Source: an uncultured bacterium (GTDB lineage Bacteria > Bacillota > Clostridia > Christensenellales > CAG-917). From it: a stretch of 64,000 nt of DNA. Positions within the stretch are counted from its first letter, which is position 1, and each line of letters begins with the position of its first letter. The position numbers and the translations under genes were made by a program. Below, one piece after another: positions 48,185-57,551 of this stretch. The stretch spans positions 663 through 64,662 of the forward strand of contig CASQXY010000008.1 of the NCBI GenBank assembly GCA_949432885.1, given 5' to 3'. Below the pieces are notes generated by a model, which ran no database searches, was not told the origin of the DNA, and was given only the letters and a program-made list of their open reading frames with translations.

Positions 48185-49045
48185 TCAGACGAGCGAATTT
48201 GTGCTGTCTTTTATCATAATCGCAGGCTGTTTGTCGATGATAACGGCGTTGATTTTGCCGTTTGACAAATCCTTGATAGCAAGCGCGCCAATCGTATAGC
48301 CGTTGGTGGTGAGATTCGCAAAGCCTTCATATCCGAAATCCACGTCGCCGTTGGAGTACATAAAGCCCGTCGTTCCGTTCTGCGCGCCTATTATATAGGA
48401 TTTCGTCTGCTGTGCGAGCACCGCTATTACGTCGTCTGCGGTTTGGCAGCTGTCGAATGACGCGTCGCTTTCCTTGACGACAAGCACCTGCGCCGAGGAA
48501 TAATAGCTGTCCGTAAACGCAAGCGTTTTCAAGCGCTCGGCATTGACCGTAAGACCCGCCATTCCGATATCCGCATGTCCGCCCTGAACGCTGGTCAGCA
48601 CCGCGTCGAAATCCATATCGTCGATATAGAGCGGCTTTTGCAAATAATCAGCAAGAAGTTTTGCAATCTGCATATCCACGCCCGTAAACTTATTTCCGCT
48701 GAAATATTCAAACGGCGGGAAATACGCATTGGTCGCAACGACGAAGCAGCCGTCCTTGTTTGCGGGATTCTCATATGTAAAGGTCGCATTTCCGTCAAAG
48801 AAGGAGTTGATGATATTCTCCAACGTTCCGTTCGCCTTGATTTGGGCGAGGAACGCGTTCGCCTGCTCAACGAGAGCCGTGTTGTTCTTGTTCACGCAAA
48901 ACGCGTAATCTTCTGCGGTCAGCTCGATATCTATCACTTTCACCTTTTCCGCTTTAGTTCCGTTGCAAGCGGTAAACGCAAAGCATGTGCCGATTACTGC
49001 GACGAGCATAAGCGCGGCAATCAAAAACTTAACCGATTTCTTCAT
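48185..49045 (-). CDS. Amino-acid ABC substrate-binding lipoprotein
   Basis: Signal peptide with lipobox FTAC. SBP_bac_3-like pattern (FPPFEY, GFDMQIAK-like, DAVL..V..G.ADIGMAGLT). Start at ATG 49045 (RBS GGAGGAGAGAGA). Confidence 0.9.
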   Translation of the reverse strand: MKKSVKFLIAALMLVAVIGTCFAFTACNGTKAEKVKVIDIELTAEDYAFCVNKNNTALVEQANAFLAQIKANGTLENIINSFFDGNATFTYENPANKDGCFVVATNAYFPPFEYFSGNKFTGVDMQIAKLLADYLQKPLYIDDMDFDAVLTSVQGGHADIGMAGLTVNAERLKTLAFTDSYYSSAQVLVVKESDASFDSCQTADDVIAVLAQQTKSYIIGAQNGTTGFMYSNGDVDFGYEGFANLTTNGYTIGALAIKDLSNGKINAVIIDKQPAIMIKDSTNSLV

Positions 49046-49087
49046 TCTCTCTCCTCCGTATCGCAACCGCAGTCGCGGTGCTTGCAT

Positions 49088-49116
49088 AATATAGCATTTC
49101 GGAAAAATTAATGCAA
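49088..49116 (-). promoter_or_regulatory. Sigma-A-type promoter of the amino-acid ABC operon
   Basis: On the minus strand: TTGCAT, 17-nt spacer, TATATT. Confidence 0.5.
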
Positions 49117-49270
49117 CTATTTTTGTATAAATTATGAATTTTTTTTATTTTTACTCATTATTGCGTTATTTTATGCAATTTTTATACAAAAATGATTAAT
49201 TTAGTGCATGAGCGTGTTCCTGCGCCACGTTTTCCCTCTCACCGCAAAACTTCTGCGAATCACAAATGCG

Positions 49271-49299
49271 TTGACTGCCGCCGCGCGCCGATATATGAT
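49271..49299 (+). promoter_or_regulatory. Sigma-A-type promoter of the Iso_dh-like gene
   Basis: TTGACT, 17-nt spacer, TATGAT. Confidence 0.5.
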
Positions 49300-49366
49300 G
49301 TTCATAACCAATAAAAATTCTAATTTGTTCATAATGCGGAAGGAAATCTGCAAATAGGGAGATTTT

Positions 49367-50362
49367 ATGAATCTTAATATACTTACAATGTCTTATAAAG
49401 AAGATGATATGCCTCGCGCGGCGGAACGCGTACTTACGTTTGCGGCGGAAACCTTCGGCGCAAAAATTGAATATTCGCATATATCGCTTTTAGAATCAAA
49501 ACGCAGTATCCCGCTTGCGAAACTGCCCGACGATTGCATAAGTAAAGCCAAATCCGCACAGGCTGTATTATTTCTTGCGTCGACCGAGGGCGATAACGCG
49601 TCGGAGATACATTCAAAACAAATACTTGCGGATTTGAGCAAAACTCTCAAGCTCTGCGCAAAGGTGAGAAAGGCGCTCGGAAACGGCGGCGTTTGCACAC
49701 TCGTATGCGACGCGTATCGGGGCTTCCGTCCCGACGAAAACGGATTTCGTATAAATCCCATATACGGACGGGAAGCGTACACGACGGAATACTACGGCGA
49801 GCTTGAAATCGAGCGTGTAGCGCGTATTGCCTACGAGCAGGCGATGAACGGTCGCAGGAAGCTTGCGCTTGTCGATATGGGAAGAAATTTTGCAGTCTCT
49901 TCACTGTGGCGGAAGATTGTTACAGACATCAACGAGGATTATCCGTACGTAAACGTAAATTTTTCAACGCCGGAACAAGCGGCGAAAAAGCTGGTTTCGT
50001 CCTCTCACGATTGTGACGTAATACTGTGCCCGAGCGTAATCAGCGAAGGTCTGAGCGGAATATTGTCTGCGATAAGCGACGCACCGACCTCGGAAGAGTA
50101 TCTCGGCGAAACCGCCCTCGGGATATATGCGTGCCTCGCAGAGGCGCATACCTGCAACCCTATGTCGGAAAACGAACGCATCCTCGCCATACTGCTCTCC
50201 TGCGCCGACATGCTTGATATTTCTTTCGGGTTGCCCATAGCGAAGCATATAAAAAATGCGCTATATCAAATCAAACGCCGTTACGGAAACAATTTGAAAA
50301 TGCAAGCAAACGGTCTTGCGGACGAAATCATCTCCGAAATACAAAACTCATTGTCCGAATAA
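49367..50362 (+). CDS. Divergent isocitrate/isopropylmalate-dehydrogenase-fold protein (function unclear)
   Basis: 331 aa with RBS GGGAGA. There is weak resemblance to the Iso_dh family (E.ERVARIAYEQA, LALVDMGRNF-type segments), but canonical substrate and metal motifs were not recognised. Confidence 0.5.
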   Translation: MNLNILTMSYKEDDMPRAAERVLTFAAETFGAKIEYSHISLLESKRSIPLAKLPDDCISKAKSAQAVLFLASTEGDNASEIHSKQILADLSKTLKLCAKVRKALGNGGVCTLVCDAYRGFRPDENGFRINPIYGREAYTTEYYGELEIERVARIAYEQAMNGRRKLALVDMGRNFAVSSLWRKIVTDINEDYPYVNVNFSTPEQAAKKLVSSSHDCDVILCPSVISEGLSGILSAISDAPTSEEYLGETALGIYACLAEAHTCNPMSENERILAILLSCADMLDISFGLPIAKHIKNALYQIKRRYGNNLKMQANGLADEIISEIQNSLSE

Positions 50363-50415
50363 AGTTCGCTGTCTAAGCCTATATAAAACAGTCCCAGATT
50401 TGCCGCAACGAATAA

Positions 50416-50443
50416 TAAAACTCCGCATAGTGCGGAGTTTTTG
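50416..50443. terminator. Bidirectional rho-independent terminator
   Basis: ACTCCGCA-TAG-TGCGGAGT is flanked by A4 and T5. It lies between convergent genes. Confidence 0.8.
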
Positions 50444-50491
50444 TTAAATAATATATATTTTTTGCGCATTCTAAACGCGCGCATTCAAAAA

Positions 50492-50722
50492 TCACTTGAT
50501 TTTGTTTTCTATATACTCCGCGACGCTTGCAACCGTCGTAAATCCGCGCATATCGTCGTCTTCAACGATAAGATTCCATTCCTCTTCTACGGTCATAAGC
50601 ATCTCGACGATATCGAGGCTGTCCGCGCCTATATCCTCGACGATACGGCTGTCAGCGCTCACTTTTTCAACGTCTATGCACATCTGTCGAGCTATAAGCT
50701 CTCTCACTCTATCGAGTATCAT
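50492..50722 (-). CDS. Acyl carrier protein
   Basis: 76 aa with the phosphopantetheine attachment motif IGADSLDIVE. Confidence 0.88.
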   Translation of the reverse strand: MILDRVRELIARQMCIDVEKVSADSRIVEDIGADSLDIVEMLMTVEEEWNLIVEDDDMRGFTTVASVAEYIENKIK

Positions 50723-50769
50723 ATTACTACCTCAAAAATATATTTTCACAGGATAACCTGCAAAGTCGA

Positions 50770-51255
50770 CTATTCCACCGCGGAGCAGTCCATTTCGTAT
50801 GCCAGAATATTCTGCTCCTCTGCGCATACGCAGGCGTGATAGCCGTCGTATACGGGGAAATGCTCGAAATGCGCGTCTTTCGGTACGGGCTTACGTATCC
50901 CGCTTATTCCCTCTCCCGTCATTTTAACATAGCTTTCCCTTTCCGTCCACCTCTCGAAGAATTCTTCTTGGTTTTCCGCGCAAATAAAAGGAAACTTTGC
51001 AATATCTATCTCGCGCACTCTCTCGATATCCACTCCGATTGGAGTATGGGAAATGCCGAGCATAATCACGCCGTCGGAGTGCGAAAGATTGAAGTGCGCG
51101 TCCTCGCAATCGAAGCGAGGCTTGTTTGCGCCGTCGCGCAGAATCTCGACCGACCGCGGCAGCGTGTCGTCGCCTATGATATCCCTGTAATGCTTATAGC
51201 AATACTTGACGAATTTATCGCTATCCACATCTCCGCGAGTAAAAAACAATATCAT
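50770..51255 (-). CDS. 4'-phosphopantetheinyl transferase (short Sfp-type)
   Basis: FNLSHSDG, IGVDIE and WTERESYVK motifs. The start overlaps the malQ stop by 4 nt. Confidence 0.8.
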   Translation of the reverse strand: MILFFTRGDVDSDKFVKYCYKHYRDIIGDDTLPRSVEILRDGANKPRFDCEDAHFNLSHSDGVIMLGISHTPIGVDIERVREIDIAKFPFICAENQEEFFERWTERESYVKMTGEGISGIRKPVPKDAHFEHFPVYDGYHACVCAEEQNILAYEMDCSAVE

Positions 51256-52793
51256 AGCTTTTTCGCTCCGCCGCCCATACGTCCGTACGTGCTGTTCAAA
51301 TCAAGGAAATAATCCCTGTCAACCGTAGTCATAAGGTGATACGGCAGTCTGTACGTCCAGTTGCCTTCCGCAACGCCGGGGATATTCATACGCGTATCGC
51401 CGCCGTAGCCCAGCATATCCTGATAGGGAAGCACAACAAGCGTGGACGACGACATTGCGAGCGTCTTTATTATAGCCTTCGTCGAACCGCAGTCGGGTCC
51501 GCCCGCACCCCATCCTGCGCCCTTAAAACCGCAGTATTTGAGCACGTAATTGCGCGCTCCCTCGTTGAGCTCGTAAAGCCAGCCGAGAGTCGTATTGTTG
51601 TCGTGAGTGCCCGTATAGGCTACGGTGTTGACCTCGTATCTGTACGGAAGGTGCGCGCTCGGCGTGCCGTCGAAGCCGAACTGGAAAACGCGCATAGTGG
51701 GAATCCCCGTGCCGTCGATATACTCCCGACATTCCTTATCTATGAGTCCCAAGTCCTCCGCGATAAACAGCGCGTCGCGGTTGTCCTCGTGTACTAGGTC
51801 TAGGAGCGCGTCCGCAGGGCCCTTTTCCCATACGCCGTTCTCCGCGGTATTGTAATCCCTCGCGGGTATGGAAAAATAATTGTAGAAAGCTCTGAAATGG
51901 TCTAGCCTCAGCGCGTCGTACAGTTTGAGGCAATGCGATATTCTCTTTCTCCACCATTTGAAGCCGTTCTTTTTCATTCTCGCAAAATCGTACAGGCAAT
52001 TACCCCAAACCTGTCCGGTTCTGGAAAACGCGTCCGGCGGAACTCCGGCGATAGCTTTCGGCAAAAGTTTTTCGTCGAGCTGAAACGCCTCGGGATTCGC
52101 CCACACGTCCACACTGTCCGTTGCCACGTAAAAGGGCAGGTCTCCGATAATGCTAACGCCTCTTTCATTTACGAGTTTTTTTGTCGCAAACCACTGTCTG
52201 TAAAACTCGTATTGCTCGAACACGTAGAAGTCTATATCCTCTTTCAGCTCCTCTCTCGCCTGAGTTAAATCCTCTTCTCTGCGGAATTTAAGCCCGTCCT
52301 CCCATCTCCACCAAGCGGTCGAACGCGTTGCGGCAAGAGACATGAACAGCGCGTAGTCTTCCAACCAATATTTCTGTTCGCGTCTGAAAGCCTCTATCCT
52401 GCCTTTGACCTCGTCGTTTATTCTGGAAAACGCGATACGCAGAAATCTTTCCGTATTTATGCGAGCAAAGTCATAGTCCGTCCTATACGGCTCTCCGTGA
52501 TACTTACTTGCGTTCACTTCGTCCGCAGAGAGCAGTCCTTCTTTTTCGAGTTCGGCGGGACAGATGTAAAGCCTGTTTCCCGCGTAAGTGGAAAGCCCCG
52601 AGTACGGGGAATTGCCGCAGCCTATCGTGGTTATGGGCAAAATCTGCCACCAGTGGAAGCCCATATCCGCCGCAATATCCGCAAACACAACCGCGTCCTT
52701 GGAAAAACAGCCGATGCCGTACTCCGACGGAAGCGACGATACGTTGAGCAGTATGCCCGCGGCTCTGTCAAACTGTCTGAATTTCTTTTGCAT
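51252..52793 (-). CDS. malQ: 4-alpha-glucanotransferase (amylomaltase, GH77)
   Basis: 513 aa. The pattern GILLNVSSLPS...GIG...HWWQILP and the catalytic-region segments (RLDHFRAF, IAEDLG, YTGTHDN) are present. Confidence 0.93.
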   Translation of the reverse strand: MQKKFRQFDRAAGILLNVSSLPSEYGIGCFSKDAVVFADIAADMGFHWWQILPITTIGCGNSPYSGLSTYAGNRLYICPAELEKEGLLSADEVNASKYHGEPYRTDYDFARINTERFLRIAFSRINDEVKGRIEAFRREQKYWLEDYALFMSLAATRSTAWWRWEDGLKFRREEDLTQAREELKEDIDFYVFEQYEFYRQWFATKKLVNERGVSIIGDLPFYVATDSVDVWANPEAFQLDEKLLPKAIAGVPPDAFSRTGQVWGNCLYDFARMKKNGFKWWRKRISHCLKLYDALRLDHFRAFYNYFSIPARDYNTAENGVWEKGPADALLDLVHEDNRDALFIAEDLGLIDKECREYIDGTGIPTMRVFQFGFDGTPSAHLPYRYEVNTVAYTGTHDNNTTLGWLYELNEGARNYVLKYCGFKGAGWGAGGPDCGSTKAIIKTLAMSSSTLVVLPYQDMLGYGGDTRMNIPGVAEGNWTYRLPYHLMTTVDRDYFLDLNSTYGRMGGGAKKL

Positions 52794-52794
52794 A

Positions 52795-54060
52795 TTATTC
52801 CTCTACTCTTATGTGCGCGACGACTCTTTCCACACCCGAAAGCTGTTCCGCCGCGAATAGCGCGCGTTTCACGACGCTTTCTCTGACCTCATGAGTGACG
52901 ATTATCAGAGTGCCGTCGTCCTTTTTCAGCACCGTCTTGACGGGAACTCCGCATTTTGCAAACGCGCCCGAAATCTTTCCGAGAGTACCCTCTTCTTCCT
53001 TAACGTCAAAACGGATATAATGCGACGACGAAAAGTCGTCGGATACGGCGATATCCTCTCCGACTTCCGACTGAAAAGGAAACCGCCTGTGCTTATCCTT
53101 TCCCGCGGCAAAGACTATATCGCTTACAATCGCGCTTCCCGTAGGCAGCGCTCCCGCCCCTCTTCCGTACAGCATGATATCGTCCACGCTGTCACCGTGG
53201 ATATAAAGCGCGTTAAACGCGCCCTTGACCGCCGCGAGCGGGTGCGAAGACGGCAGAAACGACGGATGCACTCTCGCCTCGACAACTCCGTTTCCGCATT
53301 TGGAAATCGCAAGCAGTTTGAGCGTATATCCAAGCTCCTTTCCGTATGCGATATCTTTCACGTTTATATTTGAAATCCCCTCTCTGTAAACGCTTTCGAG
53401 GGGAATGCGCACGCGATATGCAAGCGAGCTTAAAATGCAGTTCTTATACGACGAGTCAAAACCGTCGACGTCTGCGGTCGGGTCGGCTTCGGCGTATCCC
53501 AGCCTCTGAGCCTCTTTCAGACATACGTCGTATTCCACACCCTCGTCGCTCATACGCGACAGTATATAATTGGTCGTGCCGTTGACGATTCCTTTAAGCG
53601 AGGTCACGGCGTTGCCCTGCATGCTGTCCGTAAGCGTGCGGATGACGGGAACTCCGCCCACGCAGCTCGCCTCGAAATACAGTCCTCCGCCGCCGCGCTC
53701 CGCCGCCGATTCGAGCTCGCGCCAGCTTTTCGCAAGCATTTCCTTGTTTGCGGTGACTATACTCTTGCCCGCTTCCAACGCCTTGATAAGAAAGCTCTTC
53801 GCAGGCTCGACGCCGCCGAAAAACTCCGCTACAATATCTATATCGGGGTCGTGTACGATTTCGTCTATATCCCTTGCGGCGAGGCTCTCGACTCCGAGCT
53901 GTTTAAGTCTCTCGGTATTTCGGTCGAGCACCCGCCTGACCTCGATATCCACGCCGTCGTTTTTTGCAATCATGCCGCGCTTGTCGCGCAGAATCTCATA
54001 CGTTCCGCCGCCGACGACTCCAAGCCCCAGCAACGCCACGCCCACATGCTTCACACTCAT
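52795..54060 (-). CDS. hom: Homoserine dehydrogenase with a C-terminal ACT domain
   Basis: GLGVVGGG NAD-binding motif, central catalytic domain and ACT-like tail. Start moved to ATG 54060 (RBS GGAGATGAT) to remove the overlap with coaX. Confidence 0.92.
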   Translation of the reverse strand: MSVKHVGVALLGLGVVGGGTYEILRDKRGMIAKNDGVDIEVRRVLDRNTERLKQLGVESLAARDIDEIVHDPDIDIVAEFFGGVEPAKSFLIKALEAGKSIVTANKEMLAKSWRELESAAERGGGGLYFEASCVGGVPVIRTLTDSMQGNAVTSLKGIVNGTTNYILSRMSDEGVEYDVCLKEAQRLGYAEADPTADVDGFDSSYKNCILSSLAYRVRIPLESVYREGISNINVKDIAYGKELGYTLKLLAISKCGNGVVEARVHPSFLPSSHPLAAVKGAFNALYIHGDSVDDIMLYGRGAGALPTGSAIVSDIVFAAGKDKHRRFPFQSEVGEDIAVSDDFSSSHYIRFDVKEEEGTLGKISGAFAKCGVPVKTVLKKDDGTLIIVTHEVRESVVKRALFAAEQLSGVERVVAHIRVEE

Positions 54061-54085
54061 ATCATCTCCGTTACGCGAAATGCGC

Positions 54086-54856
54086 TCATTTGTTTGCGTC
54101 ATAAATAAATTTAAGTCCTTTGAGAGCAAGCGCCCTGTCCACTACGTCGAGCAGAGAGGGTTCCGTCGACGCTACGATTTCGCTGAGTCCGCCCGTAGCC
54201 ACGACTTTCGCCCCTTTCATCTCGGGAATCGCGCCGTACTTCTCCACCATATATTTCACAAGCCCGGTATATCCGTAAATCACGCCGCTTTGCATACAGC
54301 TTCTGGTATCCCTTCCTACGATATCGTCGGGAGGAGTGAGTTCGATTCTAGGCAGTTTGGCGGCGGTCGTAACAAGCGATTCCGTCGCGGTCATAATGCC
54401 GGGAGCAATAGCGCCGCCTAAAAACCCTCCGTTTCCCGTCACGAGATTGAACGTTGTTGCCGAGCCGAAATCCACTTCTATGACGGGACCGCCGTAAAAA
54501 TGGTAAGCGGCGGCGGCGCCTACTATCCTGTCGGCGCCGAGCTCTGACGGGTGGTCGTAGCCGAGCGTAATGCCTGTATTCAGCGCGTGCGAAACAACAA
54601 GCGGCCTGCAGTGCAGATAGTAATTACACATGTGTTCTATCGTATAGTTGAGAGCGGGAGCGACCGACGACATAACCGCGGCGGAGACGTCCTCGAACTT
54701 TAACTTATACTGACCCAGCAAATCGTACAGCACCATGCCGTATTCGTCGGCAGTGCGGTACGCCTTTGTGGAAACTCTCCAAGACGCCACGGGAGTATCC
54801 CCGTCGAAAACGCCCAGCTTCACGTTTGTATTCCCTATATCCATCGCAAGCAGCAT
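54086..54856 (-). CDS. coaX: Type III pantothenate kinase
   Basis: LLAMDIGNTN N-terminus and ASKHA fold. 256 aa. Confidence 0.93.
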   Translation of the reverse strand: MLLAMDIGNTNVKLGVFDGDTPVASWRVSTKAYRTADEYGMVLYDLLGQYKLKFEDVSAAVMSSVAPALNYTIEHMCNYYLHCRPLVVSHALNTGITLGYDHPSELGADRIVGAAAAYHFYGGPVIEVDFGSATTFNLVTGNGGFLGGAIAPGIMTATESLVTTAAKLPRIELTPPDDIVGRDTRSCMQSGVIYGYTGLVKYMVEKYGAIPEMKGAKVVATGGLSEIVASTEPSLLDVVDRALALKGLKFIYDANK

Positions 54857-54957
54857 AGCTTTCTCCGCGCGCGGCGCGCGCCTATGTAATAATTGTATTT
54901 AGTATATCAAAAACCTTTACTATTATCAAGCGCGAATTACGTTTATGCGCGCCTCCG

Positions 54958-55422
54958 TCAATTTTGCATAGCGATATACAGTACGCATACAAACGCGTAT
55001 GCATAGAATACAAACGCGGGGGCGAACTCCACCGCGATTTTGATTTCCTTCAAAAGGAATCTTATAAACAGCGTGTACGCCATTGCGAGCGAAAACGTCA
55101 TAAACACCAAAGCCGCGATTAGGTTTTTCAATCTGAAAAAGCAGAATACAAACATGATATTGAACAACCCCAGCAATGCGAAAAACAGCATGGAAGGGAA
55201 AAAATGCTTGAAGTGCACAAGCCTGCTCACCGCCAGAATACAAGATATATAGCTCACCGCAACAAATACGGTAAACCAGCCTCCGCTCACCACAAACGAT
55301 GGTTTATCCAGCGCAATATACCAGTTTAAGTCTATTTTAAAGATTGCAGAGCTAATCCCTGCGACTAAAAGTACGCAGAAAAGACCGACGACTATTCCGA
55401 CCATTCGTTTCAGGTGCTCCAC
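54958..55422 (-). CDS. TspO/MBR-like five-TM membrane protein (divergent)
   Basis: 154 aa with about 5 TM segments. NWYIALDKPSF...GGWF resembles the WY..L.KP motif of TspO, but the PP..F.VW..LY part is not conserved. Confidence 0.45.
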   Translation of the reverse strand: MEHLKRMVGIVVGLFCVLLVAGISSAIFKIDLNWYIALDKPSFVVSGGWFTVFVAVSYISCILAVSRLVHFKHFFPSMLFFALLGLFNIMFVFCFFRLKNLIAALVFMTFSLAMAYTLFIRFLLKEIKIAVEFAPAFVFYAYAFVCVLYIAMQN

Positions 55423-55527
55423 GTCAAATTATATTTGCCATTTATATTTTCAATGCTTAGGAACACATTTTTTTGAAAAAGCGTAAGGTAATGTAGGAGA
55501 AATCCTAATAAATCGGAGGTACATACT

Positions 55528-55737
55528 ATGAACTTTTTTGCAAACGGTGGCAATAACGGTTGCGGTTGCGGTTGCAACTGCTGCGACATCATCCTTCTCC
55601 TGTTCATTTTGAACAGCTGTGGTTGCGGTTGCGGATGCGGAAATACCGGATGCGGCGGCATGGGCAGTTGCGATCTCGTATGGCTTATTCTCATTCTGTC
55701 CTGCTTGTGCGGTTCTAACAACTGCTGCTGCAAGTAA
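55528..55737 (+). CDS. Cys/Gly-rich small hydrophobic protein (69 aa, 16 Cys)
   Basis: MNFFANGGNNGCGCGCNCCDIILLLFILNSCGCGCGCGNTGCGGMGSCDLVWLILILSCLCGSNNCCCK. A strong RBS (GGAGGT) lies 7 nt upstream. Its own terminator lies at 55757-55782. Confidence 0.7.
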   Translation: MNFFANGGNNGCGCGCNCCDIILLLFILNSCGCGCGCGNTGCGGMGSCDLVWLILILSCLCGSNNCCCK

Positions 55738-55756
55738 TTCGAAAATTTCGTCGGAA

Positions 55757-55782
55757 AGGAACGCCGCTCGGCGTTCCTTTTT
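55757..55782 (+). terminator. Rho-independent terminator of the Cys-rich peptide gene
   Basis: AGGAACGCC-GCTC-GGCGTTCCT followed by T5. Confidence 0.8.
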
Positions 55783-55885
55783 GCTTCGGTGCGATTACAT
55801 TCCTATCTCAATCGATTGACTTTATACTTACTTTTATTTATTATTTTATTTAATCATTATTTGCAACTTTTGATGAGGTGTGACC

Positions 55886-57271
55886 ATGGCTCAGCTTACA
55901 ATGGACAAAATAGTAGCTCTTGCAAAAAACCGCGGCTTCGTGTATCCCGGCAGCGAAATATACGGCGGACTTTCCAATTCTTGGGACTACGGTCCTCTCG
56001 GAGTCGCGCTCAAAAACAATATCAAACAGGCTTGGTGGAAGAAATTCGTTGTGGAAAATCCTCACAACGTCGGCATCGACAGTGCGATACTCATGAACCC
56101 GACCACGTGGCAGGCATCGGGACATATCGGCGGTTTTTCTGACCCGCTTATGGACTGCAAGAGCTGCAAATCCCGTCACCGCGCGGACAATCTCATCGAG
56201 GACTATATGGCAAAGCACGGCGCGCAGGAGAATATCGCGGGTTGGAGCAACGAGCAAATGGAGGCGTATATCGCCGAGCACAAAATTCCCTGCCCCGTCT
56301 GCGGCGCGAGCGACTTCACGGGAGTGAGGAAATTCAACCTCATGTTCAAGACCTTCATCGGCGTCACCGAGGACAGCACTTCCACAGTTTATCTGCGCCC
56401 CGAGACCGCGCAGGGCATATTTGTCAACTTCAAAAACGTACAGCGCACGTCGCGCAAAAAAATACCATTCGGAATCGGTCAGATAGGAAAGAGCTTCCGC
56501 AACGAAATCACGCCCGGCAACTTTATATTCCGCATCCGTGAATTCGAGCAAATGGAAATGGAATTTTTCTGCAAACCCGGCACTGACCTCGAATGGTTTG
56601 CATACTGGAAAAACTTCTGTCATCAGTGGCTCAAAGACCTCGGCATAAAGGAGGAGAATCTCCGTCTGCGCGACCATGACGCGGAGGAGCTCTGCTTCTA
56701 TTCCAAGGCTACGACGGACTTCGAGTTTAAATTCCCATTCGGCTGGGGCGAACTGTGGGGGGTCGCCGACCGCACCGACTACGACCTGAATCAGCATATA
56801 AAGACGAGCGGCAAGGATTTGAGCTACGTAGACCCCGTCACCAACGAGAAGTACGTGCCGTACGTGGTCGAGCCATCGCTCGGCGCGGACCGCGCGTTCC
56901 TCGCTTTCCTATGCAACGCGTATGACGAGGAGACCGTGGGAGAAGGAGACACTCGCATAGTGCTTCACTTCCATCCCGCGCTTGCTCCCGTCAAGGTGGC
57001 TATTCTGCCCCTTCAAAAACAGCTCAACGAAAAGGCGGAGGAGCTGTATATCGAGCTGTCAAAACGCTTCGCCTGCGATTTCGACGCTTCCGCTTCAATA
57101 GGCAAGCGCTATCGCAGACAGGATGAAATCGGCACGCCATACTGCGTAACGGTGGACTTCGACACCCTCGAAGACAGCGCCGTGACCGTACGCGAGCGCG
57201 ACAGCATGGCGCAGGTGCGCATCCCGATTTCCGAGCTTACGGCGTACTTCGAGGATAAATTGAGGTATTGA
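55886..57271 (+). CDS. glyQS: Glycine--tRNA ligase (dimeric GlyQS type)
   Basis: [21 protein letters not shown]-terminus and class II motifs. ATG 55886 follows GAGGTG; the ORF track opens at GTG 55880. Confidence 0.96.
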   Translation: MAQLTMDKIVALAKNRGFVYPGSEIYGGLSNSWDYGPLGVALKNNIKQAWWKKFVVENPHNVGIDSAILMNPTTWQASGHIGGFSDPLMDCKSCKSRHRADNLIEDYMAKHGAQENIAGWSNEQMEAYIAEHKIPCPVCGASDFTGVRKFNLMFKTFIGVTEDSTSTVYLRPETAQGIFVNFKNVQRTSRKKIPFGIGQIGKSFRNEITPGNFIFRIREFEQMEMEFFCKPGTDLEWFAYWKNFCHQWLKDLGIKEENLRLRDHDAEELCFYSKATTDFEFKFPFGWGELWGVADRTDYDLNQHIKTSGKDLSYVDPVTNEKYVPYVVEPSLGADRAFLAFLCNAYDEETVGEGDTRIVLHFHPALAPVKVAILPLQKQLNEKAEELYIELSKRFACDFDASASIGKRYRRQDEIGTPYCVTVDFDTLEDSAVTVRERDSMAQVRIPISELTAYFEDKLRY

Positions 57272-57291
57272 GATTAAAGCATATTTATTGT

Positions 57292-57319
57292 AAAAACAGC
57301 GCGAAACGCGCTGTTTTTA
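57292..57319. terminator. Bidirectional rho-independent terminator after glyQS
   Basis: ACAGCGCG-AAA-CGCGCTGT is flanked by A5 and T5. Confidence 0.85.
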
Positions 57320-57331
57320 TTAATTCCCAAA

Positions 57332-57544
57332 TTATTGAACCGAATTTATACTGATTCTGGTATCTGGCTCATCAATCATACTTGAAACTATCAAATTATC
57401 CGAAATTGTGGATTTATCAATATTCAATTCGATTATTTCTAAAATATAATTTCTCAAATCGACTTCATTTTTTATAATACGTTTATCCGCATCATAAAAA
57501 ATCGTTTCAATATTACTTTCGCATTTCTTTTGGTTTTGTTGCAT
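57332..57544 (-). CDS. Hypothetical 70-aa ORF in the AT-rich islet (possibly a gene fragment)
   Basis: AT-rich composition with no convincing RBS. The longer 90-aa version overlaps the XRE gene start on the opposite strand. Confidence 0.3.
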   Translation of the reverse strand: MQQNQKKCESNIETIFYDADKRIIKNEVDLRNYILEIIELNIDKSTISDNLIVSSMIDEPDTRISINSVQ

Positions 57545-57551
57545 AAAAGCA

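Noticed and set aside
54866-54882. A GC-only near-palindrome (CCGCGCGCGGCGCGCGCC) just upstream of the coaX RBS.
   Set aside because: It can form only a short 5-6 bp stem. It has no flanking U-tract and no partner sequence, so the evidence is insufficient to call a regulatory element.
55540-55660. Short tandem GGTTGC/GGATGC repeats considered as a CRISPR-like or VNTR array.
   Set aside because: The repeats are 6-nt, in-frame codon pairs (Gly-Cys) inside a well-signalled ORF. They have no spacers.
55410-55733. A 107-aa ORF with PQPQPQ repeats.
   Set aside because: It is the antisense image of the (GGTTGC)n / Cys-Gly repeats of the 69-aa peptide gene. It overlaps the tspO-like gene start and has no RBS.
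55783-55885. A T-box leader expected upstream of glyQS, and an L-box or T-box upstream of lysC (41888-41959).
   Set aside because: Only about 100 nt and about 70 nt of AT-rich sequence are available. No specifier-loop, T-box (AGGGUGGNACCGCG-like) or L-box elements were seen.
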